Shown: positions 25,501 through 37,951 of the stretch, one piece after another | Layout of the letters: each line of letters opens with the position of its first letter | How positions within the stretch are numbered: position 1 is the first letter of the stretch | NCBI GenBank assembly: GCA_950097015.1 | Contig: CATNEN010000007.1 | Span: forward strand, 9,982,001-10,046,000 | DNA length: 64,000 nt | Direction of reading: 5' to 3' | From: Macrostomum hystrix | Taxonomy: Eukaryota; Animalia; Platyhelminthes | Made by a program: the position numbers and the translations under genes | The notes under the pieces: generated by a model | The model's input: the letters and a program-made list of their open reading frames with translations, nothing else | Database searches by the model: none | Told to the model about the DNA's origin: nothing

Positions 25501-25792
25501 TCAGCTTGTGCACAGTGAGGCCTCCAGTGCCAATTTTAATGATTGCATCAGAGCCAGTTTTGATAACGCACTGATAAGAACTCCAGTGAGGCTACCCAGA
25601 GGGTAGCGAAGGCAGCTAGTCCACTATACTAAAAATGAAATGGTTGGTTGGTTGGTTGTAATTGATTTTTTCCTGAACGGCTCAACCGATTTTCACCATT
25701 TCTTCACCAAAAGATGCTAAATATGGGGACAATTATACACGTATTTTTATTAAGCTTAACTTTATTGCTAAGAGGATTAAATATTCGAAAAA
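19537..25792 (+). mobile_element. tandem head-to-tail array of about 338-bp non-autonomous Helitrons (18 complete plus one 3-prime truncated)
   Basis: Units start (TCTA)ATATACTAAAAATG with variable first bases and carry a short GTTT/GCTT/GTAT microsatellite. Each ends with the hairpin GCTACCC-AGA-GGGTAGC, 8-9 nt, then CTAG|T. No TIRs or TSD. Confidence 0.85.
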
Positions 25793-26209
25793 CATGCTTT
25801 TTTCAAAGGTCAAACCATCTTGGCCTATTGAGAATTTCACTGACAGCCACTGAATTAGAATTGCATCGTCAAATTGCGCAACAACCCCTAGCTGATTGAA
25901 TTTGAAGCCTGCACTCTGGAGACAAATTGGAAATAAATGTACACAACCAACCGCGAGACTGAGTGTACTCTATTTTCTTACTTCATTGTACAAAGCCAGA
26001 ACTTTGAGAATTCATTTTATAAGGCTGATTTTTGCACCCACTAACCAACAGTCGGAATAGCCGATGTGTAGGCACTAGGAATAGGTTAGGCTAGGCTAGG
26101 GTTCGATTCTGCACTGCGTCAAATCATTTAGACTAATTTTCAGCCAGTAGTGATTGAAGATTATTTTAATTTATTTTTTCATTTCGTAAATAAAATATCA
26201 TAAATCATA

Positions 26210-28210
26210 GCAAACCTGAATTTGAATCATGGCAAAAATAGAGCTTGAATCATGGCTAAACCAGCGTCTGAATCATGGCTAAACCAGAGCTTGAATCATG
26301 GCTAAACTGGAGTCTGAATCATGGCTAAACCAGAGTCTGAATCATGGCTAAACCAGCGTCTGAATCATGGCTAAACCAGAGTCTGAATCATGGCTAAACC
26401 AGAGTCTGAATCATGGCTTAACCAGAGTTTGAATCATGGCTAAACCAGAGTCTGAATCATGGCTAAACCAGAGCCTGAATCATGGCTAAACCAGAGTCTG
26501 AATCATGGCTAAACCAGCGTCTGAATCATGGCTAAACCAGAGTTTGAATCATGGCTAAACCAGAGTTTGAATCATGGCTTAACCAGAGTTTGAATCATGG
26601 CTAAACCAGAGTCTGAATCATGGCTTAACCAGAATTTAAATCATGGCTAAACCAGAGTCTGAATCATGGCTTAACCAGAGTCTGAATCATGGCTAAACCA
26701 GAGTCTGAATCATGGCTAAACCAGAGTCTGAATCATGGCAAAACTGGAGTCTGAATCATGGCTAAACCATAGTCTGAATCATGGCTAAAATAGAGTCTGA
26801 ATCATGGCTAAACCAGAGTCTAAATCATGGCTAAAATAGAGTCTGAATCATGGCTAAACCAGAGTCTGAATCATGGCTAAACTAGAGTCTGAATCATGGC
26901 TAAACCAGAGTCTGAATCATGGCTAAACTAGAGTCTGAATCATGGCTAAACCAGAGTCTGAATCATGGCTAAACTAGAGTCTGAATCATGGCTAAACCAG
27001 CGTCTGAATCATGGCTAAACCAGAGTTTGAATCATGGCTAAACCAGAGTTTGAATCATGGCTTAACCAGAGTTTGAATCATGGCTAAACCAGAGTCTGAA
27101 TCATGGCTTAACCAGAATTTAAATCATGGCTAAACCAGAGTCTGAATCATGGCTTAACCAGAGTCTGAATCATGGCTAAACCAGAGTCTGAATCATGGCT
27201 AAACCAGAGTCTGAATCATGGCAAAACTGGAGTCTGAATCATGGCTAAACCATAGTCTGAAGCATGGCTAAAATAGAGTCTGAATCATGGCTAAACCAGA
27301 GTCTGAATCATGGCTAAACTAGAGTCTGAATCATGGCTAAACCAGAGTCTGAATCATGGCTAAACCAGAGTCTGAATCATGGCTAAACCAGCGTCTGAAT
27401 CATGCCTAAACCAGAGTTTGAATCATGGCTAAACCAGAGTTTCAATCATGGCTAAACCAGCGTCTGAATCATGGCTAAACCAGCGTCTGAATCATGGCTA
27501 AACCAGCGTCTGAATCATGGCTAAACCATAGTCTGAATCATGGCTAAAATAGAGTCTGAATCATGGCTAAACCAGAGTCTGAATCATGGCTAAACTAGAG
27601 TCTGAATCATGGCTAAACTAGAGTCTGAATCATGGCTAAACCAGAGTCTGAATCATGGCTAAACTAGAGTCTGAATCATGGCAAAACTGGAGTCTGAATC
27701 ATGGCTAAACCAGAGTTTCAATCATGGCTAAACCAGAGTTTCAATCATGGCTAAACCAGCGTCTGAATCATGGCTAAACCAGCGTCTGAATCATGGCTAA
27801 ACCAGAGTCTGAATCATGGCAAAACTGGAGTCTGAATCATGGCTAAACCATAGTCTGAATCATGGCTAAACCATAGTCTGAATCATGGCTAAACCAGAGT
27901 CTGAATCATGGCTAAACCAGAGTCTGAATCATGGCTAAACCAGCGTCTGAATCATGGCTAAACCAGAGTCTGAATCATGGCTAAACCAGAGTCTGAATCA
28001 TGGCTTAACCAGAGTTTGAATCATGGCTAAACAAGAGTTTCAATCATGGCTAAACCAGCGTCTGAATCATGGCTAAACCAGCGTCTGAATCATGGCTAAA
28101 CCAGAGTTTGAATCATAGCCACCCAGAGTCTGAATCATGGCAAAACGAGAGTTTGAATCATAGCCCACCAGGGTTTAAAACATGGCGAAACCTGAGTTTG
28201 AATCTTGGCT
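26210..28210. repeat. 23-bp minisatellite (GAATCATGGCTAAACCAGAGTCT)n
   Basis: About 2 kb, direct reading. Confidence 0.97.
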
Positions 28211-28231
28211 AACCTGTTTGAAAAATCAACG

Positions 28232-29917
28232 TCAACTGGGGAGTCATCATCAAAATGGGGATCATGGTGAACTGGGGGATCATGGTAAACTGGGGGATAA
28301 TTGTCGACTGGGGGATCAATGTCAACCGGGGGATCATTGTCAACTGGGGGATCATTGTCAACTGGGGGATCATTGTCAAATGGGGGATCATTGTCAACTG
28401 GGGGATCTTTGTCAACCGGCGGGATCATTGTCAACTGGGGGATCATTGTCAACTGGGGGATCATTGTCAACTGGGGGATCATTGTCAACTGGGGGATCAT
28501 CATCAACTGGGGGATCATTGTCAACTGGGGGAACATTGTCAACTGGAGGAACATTGTTAACTAGGGATCATCATCAATGGGGAGACTTCATCAACTGGGG
28601 GATCATTGTGAACTGGGGGATCTTTGTTAACTGGGGATCATTGTCAACTGGGGGATCATTCTCAACTGGGGGATCATTGTCAACTGGGGGATCATTTTCA
28701 ACTGGGGGATCATCATTAACTGGGGGATCATTGTCAACTGGGGGATCATTGTCAACTGGGGGATCATTGTCAACTGGGGGATCATTGTCAACTGGGGGAT
28801 CATTGTCAACTGGGTGATCATCATCAACTGGGGGATCATTGTTAACTGGGGGAACATTGTCAAATGGAGGAACATTGTTAACTGGGGATCATCATCAATG
28901 GGGAGACTTCATCAACTGGGGGATCATTGTGAACTGGGGGATCTTTGTTAACTGGGGGATCATTGTCAACTGGGGGATCATTGTCAAATGGGGGATCATT
29001 GTCAACTGGGGGATCATTTTCAACTGGGGGATCATCATCAACTGGGGGATCATCATCAACTGGGTGATCATTGTGAACTGGGGGATCTTTGTCAACTGGG
29101 GGATCATTGTCAACTGTGGGATCATTGTCAACTGGGGGATCATTGTCAAATGGGGGATCATTGTCAACTGGGGGTTCATTGTCAACTGGGGGTTCATTGT
29201 CAACTGGGGGTTCATTGTCAACTGGGGGATCATCATCAACTGGGGGATTATTGTCAACTGGGTGATCATCATCAACTGGGGGATCATTGTCAACTGGGGG
29301 AACATTGTCAAATGGAGGAACATTGTTAACTGGGGATCATCATCAATGGGGAGACTTCATCAACTGGGGGATCATTGTGAACTGGGGGATCTTTGTTAAC
29401 TGGAGGATCATTGTCAACTGGGGGATCATTGTCAACTGGGGGATCATTGTCAACTGGGGGATCATTTTCAACTGGGGGATCATCATCAACTGGGGGATCA
29501 TCATCAACTGGGTGATCATTGTGAACTGGGGGATCTTTGTCAACTGGGGGATCATTGTCAACTGTGGGATCATTGTCAACTGGGGGATCATTGTCAAATG
29601 GGGGATCATTGTCAACTGTGGGATCGTTGTCAACTGGGGGTTCATTGTCAACTGGGGGTTCATTGTCAACTGGGGGATCATCATCAACTGGGGGATCATC
29701 ATCAACTGGGTGATCATTGTGAACTGGGGGATCTTTGTCAACTGGGGGATCATTGTTAACTGTGGGATCATTGTCAACTGGGGGATCATTGTCAAATGGG
29801 GGATCATTGTCAACTGTGGGATCGTTGTCAACTGGGGGTTCATTGTCAACTGGGGGTTCATTGTCAACTGGGGGATCATTGTCAACTGGGGGATCATTGT
29901 CAACTGGGGGTTCATTG
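28232..29917. repeat. 18-bp minisatellite (TCAACTGGGGGATCATTG)n
   Basis: About 1.7 kb, direct reading. Confidence 0.97.
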
Positions 29918-30332
29918 TAGCTTTAAAAAGCTGTAAATTCAGCTGCTAAAAAGTATATACTAGACGAATTAAAAGTATTTCTGCTCCCCGAAGGGGGGCA
30001 AAACTTGCTAGTTACTTACTAAAACTTTGACTGATTTATTATGTATTAATTAGATATCAAACGCCGCCGCAATTGCCTTCTTCTCACGCACTAATTTCGA
30101 TGATAAGCTTCAATTGCATTGTTATAGCTCGTATTAATAAATTTCTTTATTGCTAATTGCCTGTTTAACTGTTAGCTTGCATGCTCCGCCTAACGATGCA
30201 CTTTATAGTTTTCAAGCCAGCCTGTAGTTTTTTGGCTGTCATGATGTTCGGCATTGTAAATCGATACAAAAGCTGCGAATTTTGGAGTTGAGCGTATTCA
30301 AAGACACTAATTGCCCCCCCCCCCGGACCAAG

Positions 30333-30353
30333 ACTCGAAATTCAGACCTCTCG
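30333..30353 (+). CDS. candidate 21-nt neurexin microexon (TRNSDLS)
   Basis: Branch ACTAAT, TGC, C11 tract, AAG| ... TCG|GTAAGG. Phase 0-0. Confidence 0.35.
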
Positions 30354-30969
30354 GTAAGGATTCTCCTCCGAAATTGGGAATAGCTAAACTACACAAAAAG
30401 CAGTTCAGTGGACTCCAGATGCCTAGAAAATTCTCATGGAGAGCAGAGGAGCTCTTGTGACAGCAGAAATTAACTGGCCCACAGCGAGGATTTCGTCCTG
30501 CGCGTCACTGCAGCCGGTTTCGATTTAGGAACTTCCCCAGCCGCGGCGGAGCTCGCACTGGAATTCGCGTGCTCGGGTGGTTACGCAACGCTGATTGAGC
30601 AGTCGGAGAGGAGAAGAGGCGAAGACTGAGTGGGCAATAAACTGGTCCGAGATTTGCATGCAGCGACATTCGGAGTGTGGCGGGCCTAATGGCAGAGCGC
30701 GCAGCTCTCGTTTTTAATCCACAAAAATACCCCCCACTCCAGAGTTATCCGAAAATCCAGGCAGCCGCGAGTGTGGGAGAATAATCCCCAACAAGATTCT
30801 CCTCTTCTCACTGCTCCGAGATTACAGAGAAATCTCCCAAAATGGGCCGCGCGACGATAAAAATGCGAAAAAAGTTCGCAAAGCTGGAGAAAGCGCTGGG
30901 GTGTGACATTGCATCCGATCTGCTTCACTGCAATGTCCAGCCCCCGTGCCCCAACCTCACCCCGCCCAG

Positions 30970-31128
30970 ATTACCGTGACCTTCGACGATCACGTGATAC
31001 GAAACCTAACGGTGGAGCGGGGCGGCCTGCTGAGCATCAAGACCATCTACCTGGGCGGGTTCGGCTCGCTGCTGCCAGGTCTACTCGGAAGCGAGACCGA
31101 GGACTTCTTCGTTGGCTGCATGCGCGAG
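30970..31128 (+). CDS. Nrx-1: alpha-neurexin exon 4: end of LNS2
   Basis: Acceptor CCCAG|, reads ITVTFDD...IYLGGF...FVGCMRE, donor GAG|GTGAGA. 159 nt, phase 0-0. Confidence 0.9.
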
Positions 31129-31449
31129 GTGAGACCAGTTTTGGCTGAGCTATCTGAGTCTGCTGTGCGCTTGGCAGCAATTTTTACAGAACCTGACCAG
31201 CTCTGGAAATCCCACTCCTTAAATCCCGTTTCTCAACGTCAGGCAGTGTACACTTTCACTGTGCCTTGGAGGTTGGCCCTCAAGGGCGTAAATTGCACGA
31301 CAAGCCCCCAAGCCTTCTCTCCGCGGCTGGGCCCCAAAAATGTGGCCTTGTCCAAACTGTGTGTGTCAAATGTGTCCAAACTTAGGGACATTGATGCGAG
31401 AGGCAGACGCGTGAACCGCTCTTTCACCGACCCCCCACCCCCACCCACT

Positions 31450-31936
31450 TCCCAGACTCGGGATCTGAGTCACCCAGGACCCCTCCCCAAACTCGGATCT
31501 GAGTCGCCCAGGACCCCTCCCCAAACTCGGATCTGAGCCACCCAGGACCCCCTCCCTAAATTCGGGATCTGAGCCACCCAGGACCCCCTCCCCAAACTCG
31601 GGATCCGAGCCCCCCAGGACCCACTCCCCAAACTAGGGATCCGAGCCCCCCAGGACCCACTCCCCAGACTCGGGATCTGAGCCACCCAGGACCCTCCCCA
31701 AGCTCGGGATCCGAGCCCCCTAGGACCCACTCCCCAAACTAGGGATCCGAGCCCCCTAGGACCCACTCCCCAAACTCGGGATCCGAGCCCCCCAGGACCC
31801 TCCCCAAACTCGGGATCTGAGCCACCCAGGACCCTCCCCAAACTCGGGATCCGAGCCCCCCAGGACCCACTCCCGAAACTAGGGATCCGAGCCCCCTAGG
31901 ACTCTCCCCAAACTAGGTATCCGAGCCCCCCAGGAC
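31450..31936. repeat. 35/36-bp minisatellite (GGATCCGAGCCCCCCAGGACCCACTCCCCAAACTCG-like)
   Basis: Direct reading. Confidence 0.93.
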
Positions 31937-32637
31937 AATTACCAGACATAGCATGAGACCTGAAAGTATTTCGCATACCTTTGCTATAATATTGCGGCCT
32001 TTGATTGCCCCACGAGCAGGGCTGTCATTTATTCATGGGCGAAGCTAGCAAGCATATAAGACAGGCCGGATCCAAGCTCATTCGCCGGCTCCCGACAATG
32101 CACAGCCCCCCACTCCCAGCTCCCATCTGCCCCTGTCTCCTCACAAATCGATCTGAACTTCGGACTCGGCTTGGGATCCAGAGAAAATCCAGGAATCCCC
32201 CGCTCAGCTCGTTAGCCGCCCGCATCCGCCCTTTCCTAGAAATAGGGGAGCCCCACCTAGACCGATCGATTTTCTAAGAAAACGGCCCCGCTTAACTGGT
32301 TGGCGGCGAACGGCGCTTCGCCCTCACTTTCTTCTTAAGTGGAAGACGGAAAATATCCTAGCCAAGGAGATCCCTATGCATCTGGTCTCAGTGCTGTCTC
32401 TAAATTACAGAAATTGGGAAATCAATTTTTAGGAAAGACTGAACTTTTACAGAAGAATGATGATCCGTTTAAGAATTGATCAACTTTGGCCGAAAATGCC
32501 TTACCACATACGTCTATCTGAATAGTTCAGACATCCAGACATTCGGACTGTAAGATCAAACCGTGATTGTTCGGAATTTCGAGAATTGCTGGAGATTTCG
32601 AACCGGCATGGGATCTTGGGACTTGTGTGGGATCTTA

Positions 32638-32990
32638 AGACTTGGAGGGGATCATGGGACTTGGATGGGGATCATGGGACTTGGATGGGGATCATGGGAC
32701 TTGGAGGGGATCATGGGACTTTTAGGGGATCATGGGACTTGGAGGGGATCATGGGACTTGGAGGGGATCATGGGACTTTTAAGGGATCATGGGACTTGGA
32801 GGGGATCATGGGACTTGGAGGGGATCATGGGACTTGGAGGGATCATGGGACTTGTTGGGGATAATGACACTTGGAGGGGATCATGGGACTTGTTGGGGAT
32901 AATGACACTTGGAGGGGATCATGGGACTTGTTGGGGATCATGGGACTTGGAGGGGATCACGGGACTTACAGGGTATCATGGGACTTGGTG
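32638..32990. repeat. about 20-bp minisatellite (GGGATCATGGGACTTGGAGG)n
   Basis: Direct reading. Confidence 0.93.
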
Positions 32991-33914
32991 GGAACTTTGA
33001 ACGTGGAGGGGATCCTGTATGCAGGGGAGATTGGGTCATTCCCAGAGCTGGTAAGCCTGGCAACCAGAGTTTGTTGACAGCCATGCGCTCTGAGCACTGT
33101 CCCCTGCGACTAAGGAGGTCGCGACCCGACCAGGTTCTGCAGCGAGGGTCAGCGGGCCGTGACTCAGAGGGTCTCTCAGAGATCTCTGAAGGAAAATTTC
33201 CCATAGCTTCCCTGTCTCCTGCTGAAAGCGATCCCGCGGCTCGTCCCGCCCACAGCTGTTCAGGGGGATTGTCTTCCCTTGACCCCGCCTGTCTCGGGAT
33301 GGCGAAACTCGAGAATCGATTTTCGAAGTGCAGAGGAGTCGCGAGGTGGATAGGCCTGGCCGGTGCTGAAGAGGCCTGGGCAGGACCCGAGCCCCACCTG
33401 AGCACGGCCAGTGGCCTCTTGAAAACTAGTTTGAAGCAGGTGAGAAAGTTGCGCAGTGCGGCTTCTGAAAATCTGCGTTCGGGAAGATTCGCATCCGAGT
33501 GTTGACACGACAAAGGGTCAGGACAGCTGGGGAAATGCTCTCGTCATGCTCTTTTGTAGGTTCGCGCTAGAACCTACTAAGTTTTCTTAGTAGAATCAAA
33601 GAAAAAAAACCCGAACCGCAATCATTTTCCTGGCCAGAAACCTAGCGTTCTCATTATCTTAGAAGACCTCAAGATCCCCAGTGTTACAAAATCCCCAAGT
33701 GTTATTAAGATCCCTAGGCTTGTTAAGACTCAAGATCCCAAGATTCTTAAGATCCCCAGTGTTCTAGGATTCCTCAGTGTTTCAAGATCACTTGGATTGA
33801 CACGACTCACGATCCCGCTTTCTTAATATCCCCAGTGTTCTCAAGATAAAAATATTATAAAACGGAAAAGGAATAAAAAATCCCATAAAACGGCCTCTAC
33901 TCTGACCCGCGCAG

Positions 33915-34767
33915 GCCCGGCTGCAGTCGGGCAGCGCTGATCTGGACATGCTGCGCGTGGCCCGCGACTCACAGCACGGCTTCCGGGCCGTCGGCATGCC
34001 GGCCAACGCCTTTGGAGCCTGCTCGGATCCCGACGTGCTGCAGCCAGTCCGCTTTTCTGGCTCCGGGCACCTCGCAACGTCGCGCCAACCGGCTTCGGCT
34101 GCGCTGACCTCCTTGGCCTTCAGCTTCTCCACCAGCGAGTCGGACGGCCTGCTGGCCTTCCTGGGCAGCAACGGCACAGACTTCCTGGGCTTCGAGCTGC
34201 GGGAGGGCCAGCTGCACCTCCTGCTGGACGCCGGAGCGGGCGTTCTGCACATGCGGCTCACCGGCGCCGATGTGCAGCTGAATCCCGACGGCTTCAACAG
34301 CGTCCGGTTCGGCAACGGCCAGGCAGCAGACGCTGCTAGTAGCCAGCAGGACAGCGACGAGCGCTTCGTCAGCGTCAACGGCCACCGGAGCCGCCTGCCC
34401 GCGCGGCGCCTGAGCAGCTTTCACCGGTTGGACCTCGGTGACATTCTCTACCTGGGCGGCATCCCGCAGCTTCGGCGCTTCACTGCCCCGTCGGAGCTGC
34501 ACTCGGCCGGCCTCGGTCGAGGCTTCGCCGGCCTGATGTCGAACGTCAGTCTCAACGGCGACCCTGTTGACGTTGCCTTCGCGGCGATGCAGCGACCGGC
34601 AGCGTCCGGCGTCGAGGCCGTCGTTGGATTATCGACACGCCGAACGCCTGAGCTGTGCCAGGCGGCGCCGCCACCGTGTAGGAACGGCGGCATCTGCCGG
34701 GTCAGCTGGGACCGCGTCGTGTGCGACTGCTCGGCGACGCTATTCACCGGGCCGACCTGCGAGATCA
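33915..34767 (+). CDS. Nrx-1: alpha-neurexin exon 5: LNS3 and EGF2
   Basis: Acceptor GCGCAG|, reads FSTSESDGLL, DFLGFELREGQL, LDLGDILYLGG, CRNGGICRVSWDRVVCDCSATLFTGPTCE, donor A|GTGAGT. Phase 0-1. Confidence 0.93.
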
Positions 34768-34770
34768 GTG

Positions 34771-35067
34771 AGTGACAGATTGATGGAGTCCATGCAGTGA
34801 CAGATTGATGGAGTCCAGTGACAGATTGATGGAGTCTAGTGACAGATTGATGGAGTCGAGTGACAGATTGATGGGGTCGGGTGACAGATTGATGGAGTCC
34901 AGTGACAGATTGAGGGAGTCGAGTGACATATTGATGGAGTCGGGTGACAAATTGATGGGGTCGGGTGACAAATTGATGGGGTCGAGTGACAGATTGATGG
35001 GGTCGGGTGACAAATTGATGGGGTCGGGTGACAAATTGATGGGGTCGAGTGACAGATTGATGGAGTC
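34771..35067. repeat. 21-bp minisatellite (AGTGACAGATTGATGGAGTCG)n starting within the exon 5 donor
   Basis: Direct reading. Confidence 0.94.
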
Positions 35068-36382
35068 CCAGATCCAAGTGACAGTTAGTCGAAGGGTTCC
35101 TACACAGCAGTGATAATTGTGCGTCATTGCAAGCCAGGAGCAACAGCTCATCTCTTTGCTCAGAGATAACTCTTAGAAGCAGTTTATCAGCTAATAAACA
35201 GGCAAAGCAGGCAAGCGCCCACCTGTGTGTGTGAGCAGAATGCTCAGCCTCTCAGACCCGCGAAGTGAGCAGCCAGGCAGGCAATGGCAAATCGGATTAG
35301 CTGCCTGCCCCAGCTCTGTCGCCTTCGATTGCCGTGTCTTTCATTTGTCTTCTTCAAAACTGGGCTCCGCATTGGCATGCCGCATTTGACAAATTGGGGA
35401 ATGCCATCTCTAATGAAGTGCAAACATGCCGCGCCTGCTGCCAGGCATCTATGGAATGATGATGCCCAGAGATACCAGATCCCCAATCGTGCACGAACCC
35501 GAAATCCATAATCATACCCCAGTAAATATGCGGCATAAGGCAGCCCCGCTGATCCGAGCCGACCCGACGGAGCATGGCCGATTTCAGGCCGCTGGATGGC
35601 CGAATTAGCATAGAAATAAGCCGCCAGCTGATGCCGCGCAGGTCTGGGCCCGGCCCGCCCGACAGCACTGCCGGATCTCCGAGCATTGCCAGTTTTGGTA
35701 TTACTGAAATTGCTCTGTCAGCTCAAGTTCGCTAAGCCCGCTCTCCCGCTCTCCCCACTCCTAGCCGCATAGTGTAATCACTCACTCAGCTCAACAGGCC
35801 GATGCCATCACTCTGCCGTGAGTTGTTGGCCATTCCTCTACCACCCTTGCCCTTCTCTCTCTGTTTCCATTCTGTCTGGAGAATACCAAGGAAAGGAGCC
35901 TCCTTAAGATTGGCAACGTGTCACCCAGACATTCTTGACCTTGAGAGCAGCTCAAACCATGCTTCTCTGCTTTCCAAGAGCTCGCAGAGGGCATAAATCA
36001 TCTACTTGAGCTTGCTGCTCCACTGTCGAGTCTTCTCTAAGGCAACTTTCTGCCAGAACAAAAGACTGTCGCCCGGTTCACTTCGGGTCATTTGGCAGCC
36101 CCAAGAATTCGTAAATTTCTCGTGAAGCTCGATGGCTGCTACGATCGCTAGGCCTATGAATGTTTGGACTAGGATTTAAGCCTTGGACTTATTTAGACTT
36201 ATTAGAAGCACGCAACTATCTGTTCTCTAAAATTAGAAAGTGACGTCATAGAAAGTGTTCTAAAAATAGAAACTTCTTTTGTAAGCTTGACGATGACGAT
36301 GACGAAAACTATAACTACATGCATGCAATTCTGAGACATTCAGGATTCACATACACCTGTTCCCCTGTGACACCCACCTCAG

Positions 36383-36606
36383 AGGCGCCAGTGCTCAAGT
36401 TCGACGGCTCCGGGTTGGCCCGGGTGGCGTTCGCCACTCCGCTGCGCACCCTGGCCGAAAACATCACCGTGCTGTTTCGCACCAACGCCAGCGACGGCCT
36501 GATCTTCGCCACCGCGAACACCAAGTCAGAGACGGGCGACTTTATGCAGCTGCTACTGCTCAAAGGCCGCCTCGTCTGCCGGGTCAACTTCGGAAACTGG
36601 ACAGGG
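36383..36606 (+). CDS. Nrx-1: alpha-neurexin exon 6: start of LNS4
   Basis: Acceptor CCTCAG|, reads APVLKFDGS...AENITVLFRTNASDGLIFAT...RVNFGNWTG, donor GGG|GTGAGC. Phase 1-0. Confidence 0.9.
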
Positions 36607-36672
36607 GTGAGCGGCTCCTGCAGTTCCGTTCAGAACTGGCCTGGAACCTGTGACTCGTCAGTCTCTCCTGAC

Positions 36673-36719
36673 GGGTCAGTGGGTCAGTGGGTCAGTGGGT
36701 CAGTGGGTCAGTGGGTCAG
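36673..36719. repeat. 8-bp tandem repeat (GGGTCAGT)n
   Basis: About 6 copies. Confidence 0.9.
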
Positions 36720-37218
36720 ACGCAGCCAAATTAAAATCAGTTGGTCAGGCTCCCAAAAGATCAGTCTCTGAAAGTGCTCAGACTCACCTATTCGCGCATA
36801 TTCTCATCCGAAAGTGCTCCTCATCCGGCTACCTAGCGAGTCCATTGCCAGCAGGAGTATTTCTTTTTAAATCCCACTTTCTGCTCCGATCCCATCCTGC
36901 CTGAACTCCTGCCGTCTTTACATCCGCAGCACTTTTCTCCACCGCCTCCATAATCTTGCCGTTCCCAAAGGCCAGCCCGCGAGCGGATTTCGCATTTACA
37001 TCCCAGACTTTTGCCGCCTTTCTGTAGCGCAGCCGGAAGAAACTCGCGGGCGGCAATTTTTGATCAGCCACGATTTTTGAGGATTCGGGAACTCGGGGAT
37101 TATCGATCGACTGTTTTGATTCCCTCATCGAAGCGGGCGCTGTGTTAGGCTCACTGCTTTGTTTATTTGTTAATCTTTTGAAAGCTTCGGCTAACTTTTT
37201 CCACGCATCGGATCCCAG

Positions 37219-37257
37219 AAAGCCTTCCGGAAAAGCAAGTCCGTCTTTTTAAGGTCC
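37219..37257 (+). CDS. candidate 39-nt cassette exon in LNS4 (KAFRKSKSVFLRS), near SS3
   Basis: Branch GCTAAC, TTTTTCC tract, CCCAG| ... TCC|GTGAGT. Phase 0-0, no stop. Confidence 0.4.
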
Positions 37258-37289
37258 GTGAGTGAAGCTCAGCCGATTTGTGACAGGCA

Positions 37290-37428
37290 AAACAGACAGG
37301 AACAGACAGGAAGAGACAAGAATAGTCAGAAACAGACAGGAACAGACAGAAACAGACAGGAACAGACAAGAACAAACAGGAACAGACAGGAACAGACAGG
37401 AACAGACAGAAGCAGACAGGAACAGACG
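37290..37428. repeat. 10-bp tandem repeat (AACAGACAGG)n
   Basis: Direct reading. Confidence 0.92.
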
Positions 37429-37468
37429 GGTCATGCTGAAGGCACAGCATCCGTCGCCCCTTCCGCAG

Positions 37469-37583
37469 ATGCTGCAGGCGGGAAATAGCGAGCTGGGAGA
37501 CAACCGTTGGCACAGCGTGGTCATCCTTCGGCGGGAGGCCAACCTAGAAATCGTCCTGGATGGTCAGCCGAAGTTCACCAGCA
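37469..37583 (+). CDS. Nrx-1: alpha-neurexin exon 7: LNS4
   Basis: Acceptor TTCCGCAG|, reads MLQAGNSELGDNRWHSVVILRREANLEIVLDG, donor A|GTGAGT. Phase 0-1. Confidence 0.9.
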
Positions 37584-37951
37584 GTGAGTTTTTATCCAGC
37601 TGATCTGCAAGCAATGTTTCAGTTATAGTAAATTGTATTTAAACTCATAGCTTCAACTAAAGCCAATTCTAACACAGCTAAACTCCCGCCTGCACTAACA
37701 CCTTTGTCAGGTACATGTAGCGGAATGAGAGCTTGCCATTTTTAGTGCGCTTATTACAATATTACTTGTCAGTTTAGCTTCTCAGCTGTTGCTGCTGATG
37801 CTTAGGCATGACTCTGCATTTGCGAGTGCTTAGGCCTAATAAAATAGGCTCACTAAGTTTTAGCCCCTGAATATTTGCCGATTCTTGATCATTTTGTTAT
37901 GTAATTCGTGTAATATTGATATGAACCTGCCACCCGCCTCTCATCGTGTCA

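Noticed and set aside
19537-25792. CRISPR-like array or tandem small-protein genes (108-aa and 62-aa ORFs, MKILLACL...)
   Set aside because: Whole units repeat with no unique spacers and there are no cas genes. The ORFs exist only in units where microsatellite length happens to keep frame. The termini are Helitron-type.
26050-26125. tRNA-like sequence with GGGTTCGATTC
   Set aside because: A B-box-like motif only, too degenerate to call.
33788-34502. Long antisense ORFs over neurexin exons (also 40358-41023, and 51900-52331 over PITP)
   Set aside because: These are expected shadows of GC3-rich coding sequence.
35798-35817. Possible exon or alternative start ending at a GTGAGT donor (MPSLC)
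   Set aside because: 20 or 28 nt depending on acceptor, so frameshifting. As a first exon it has no signal peptide.
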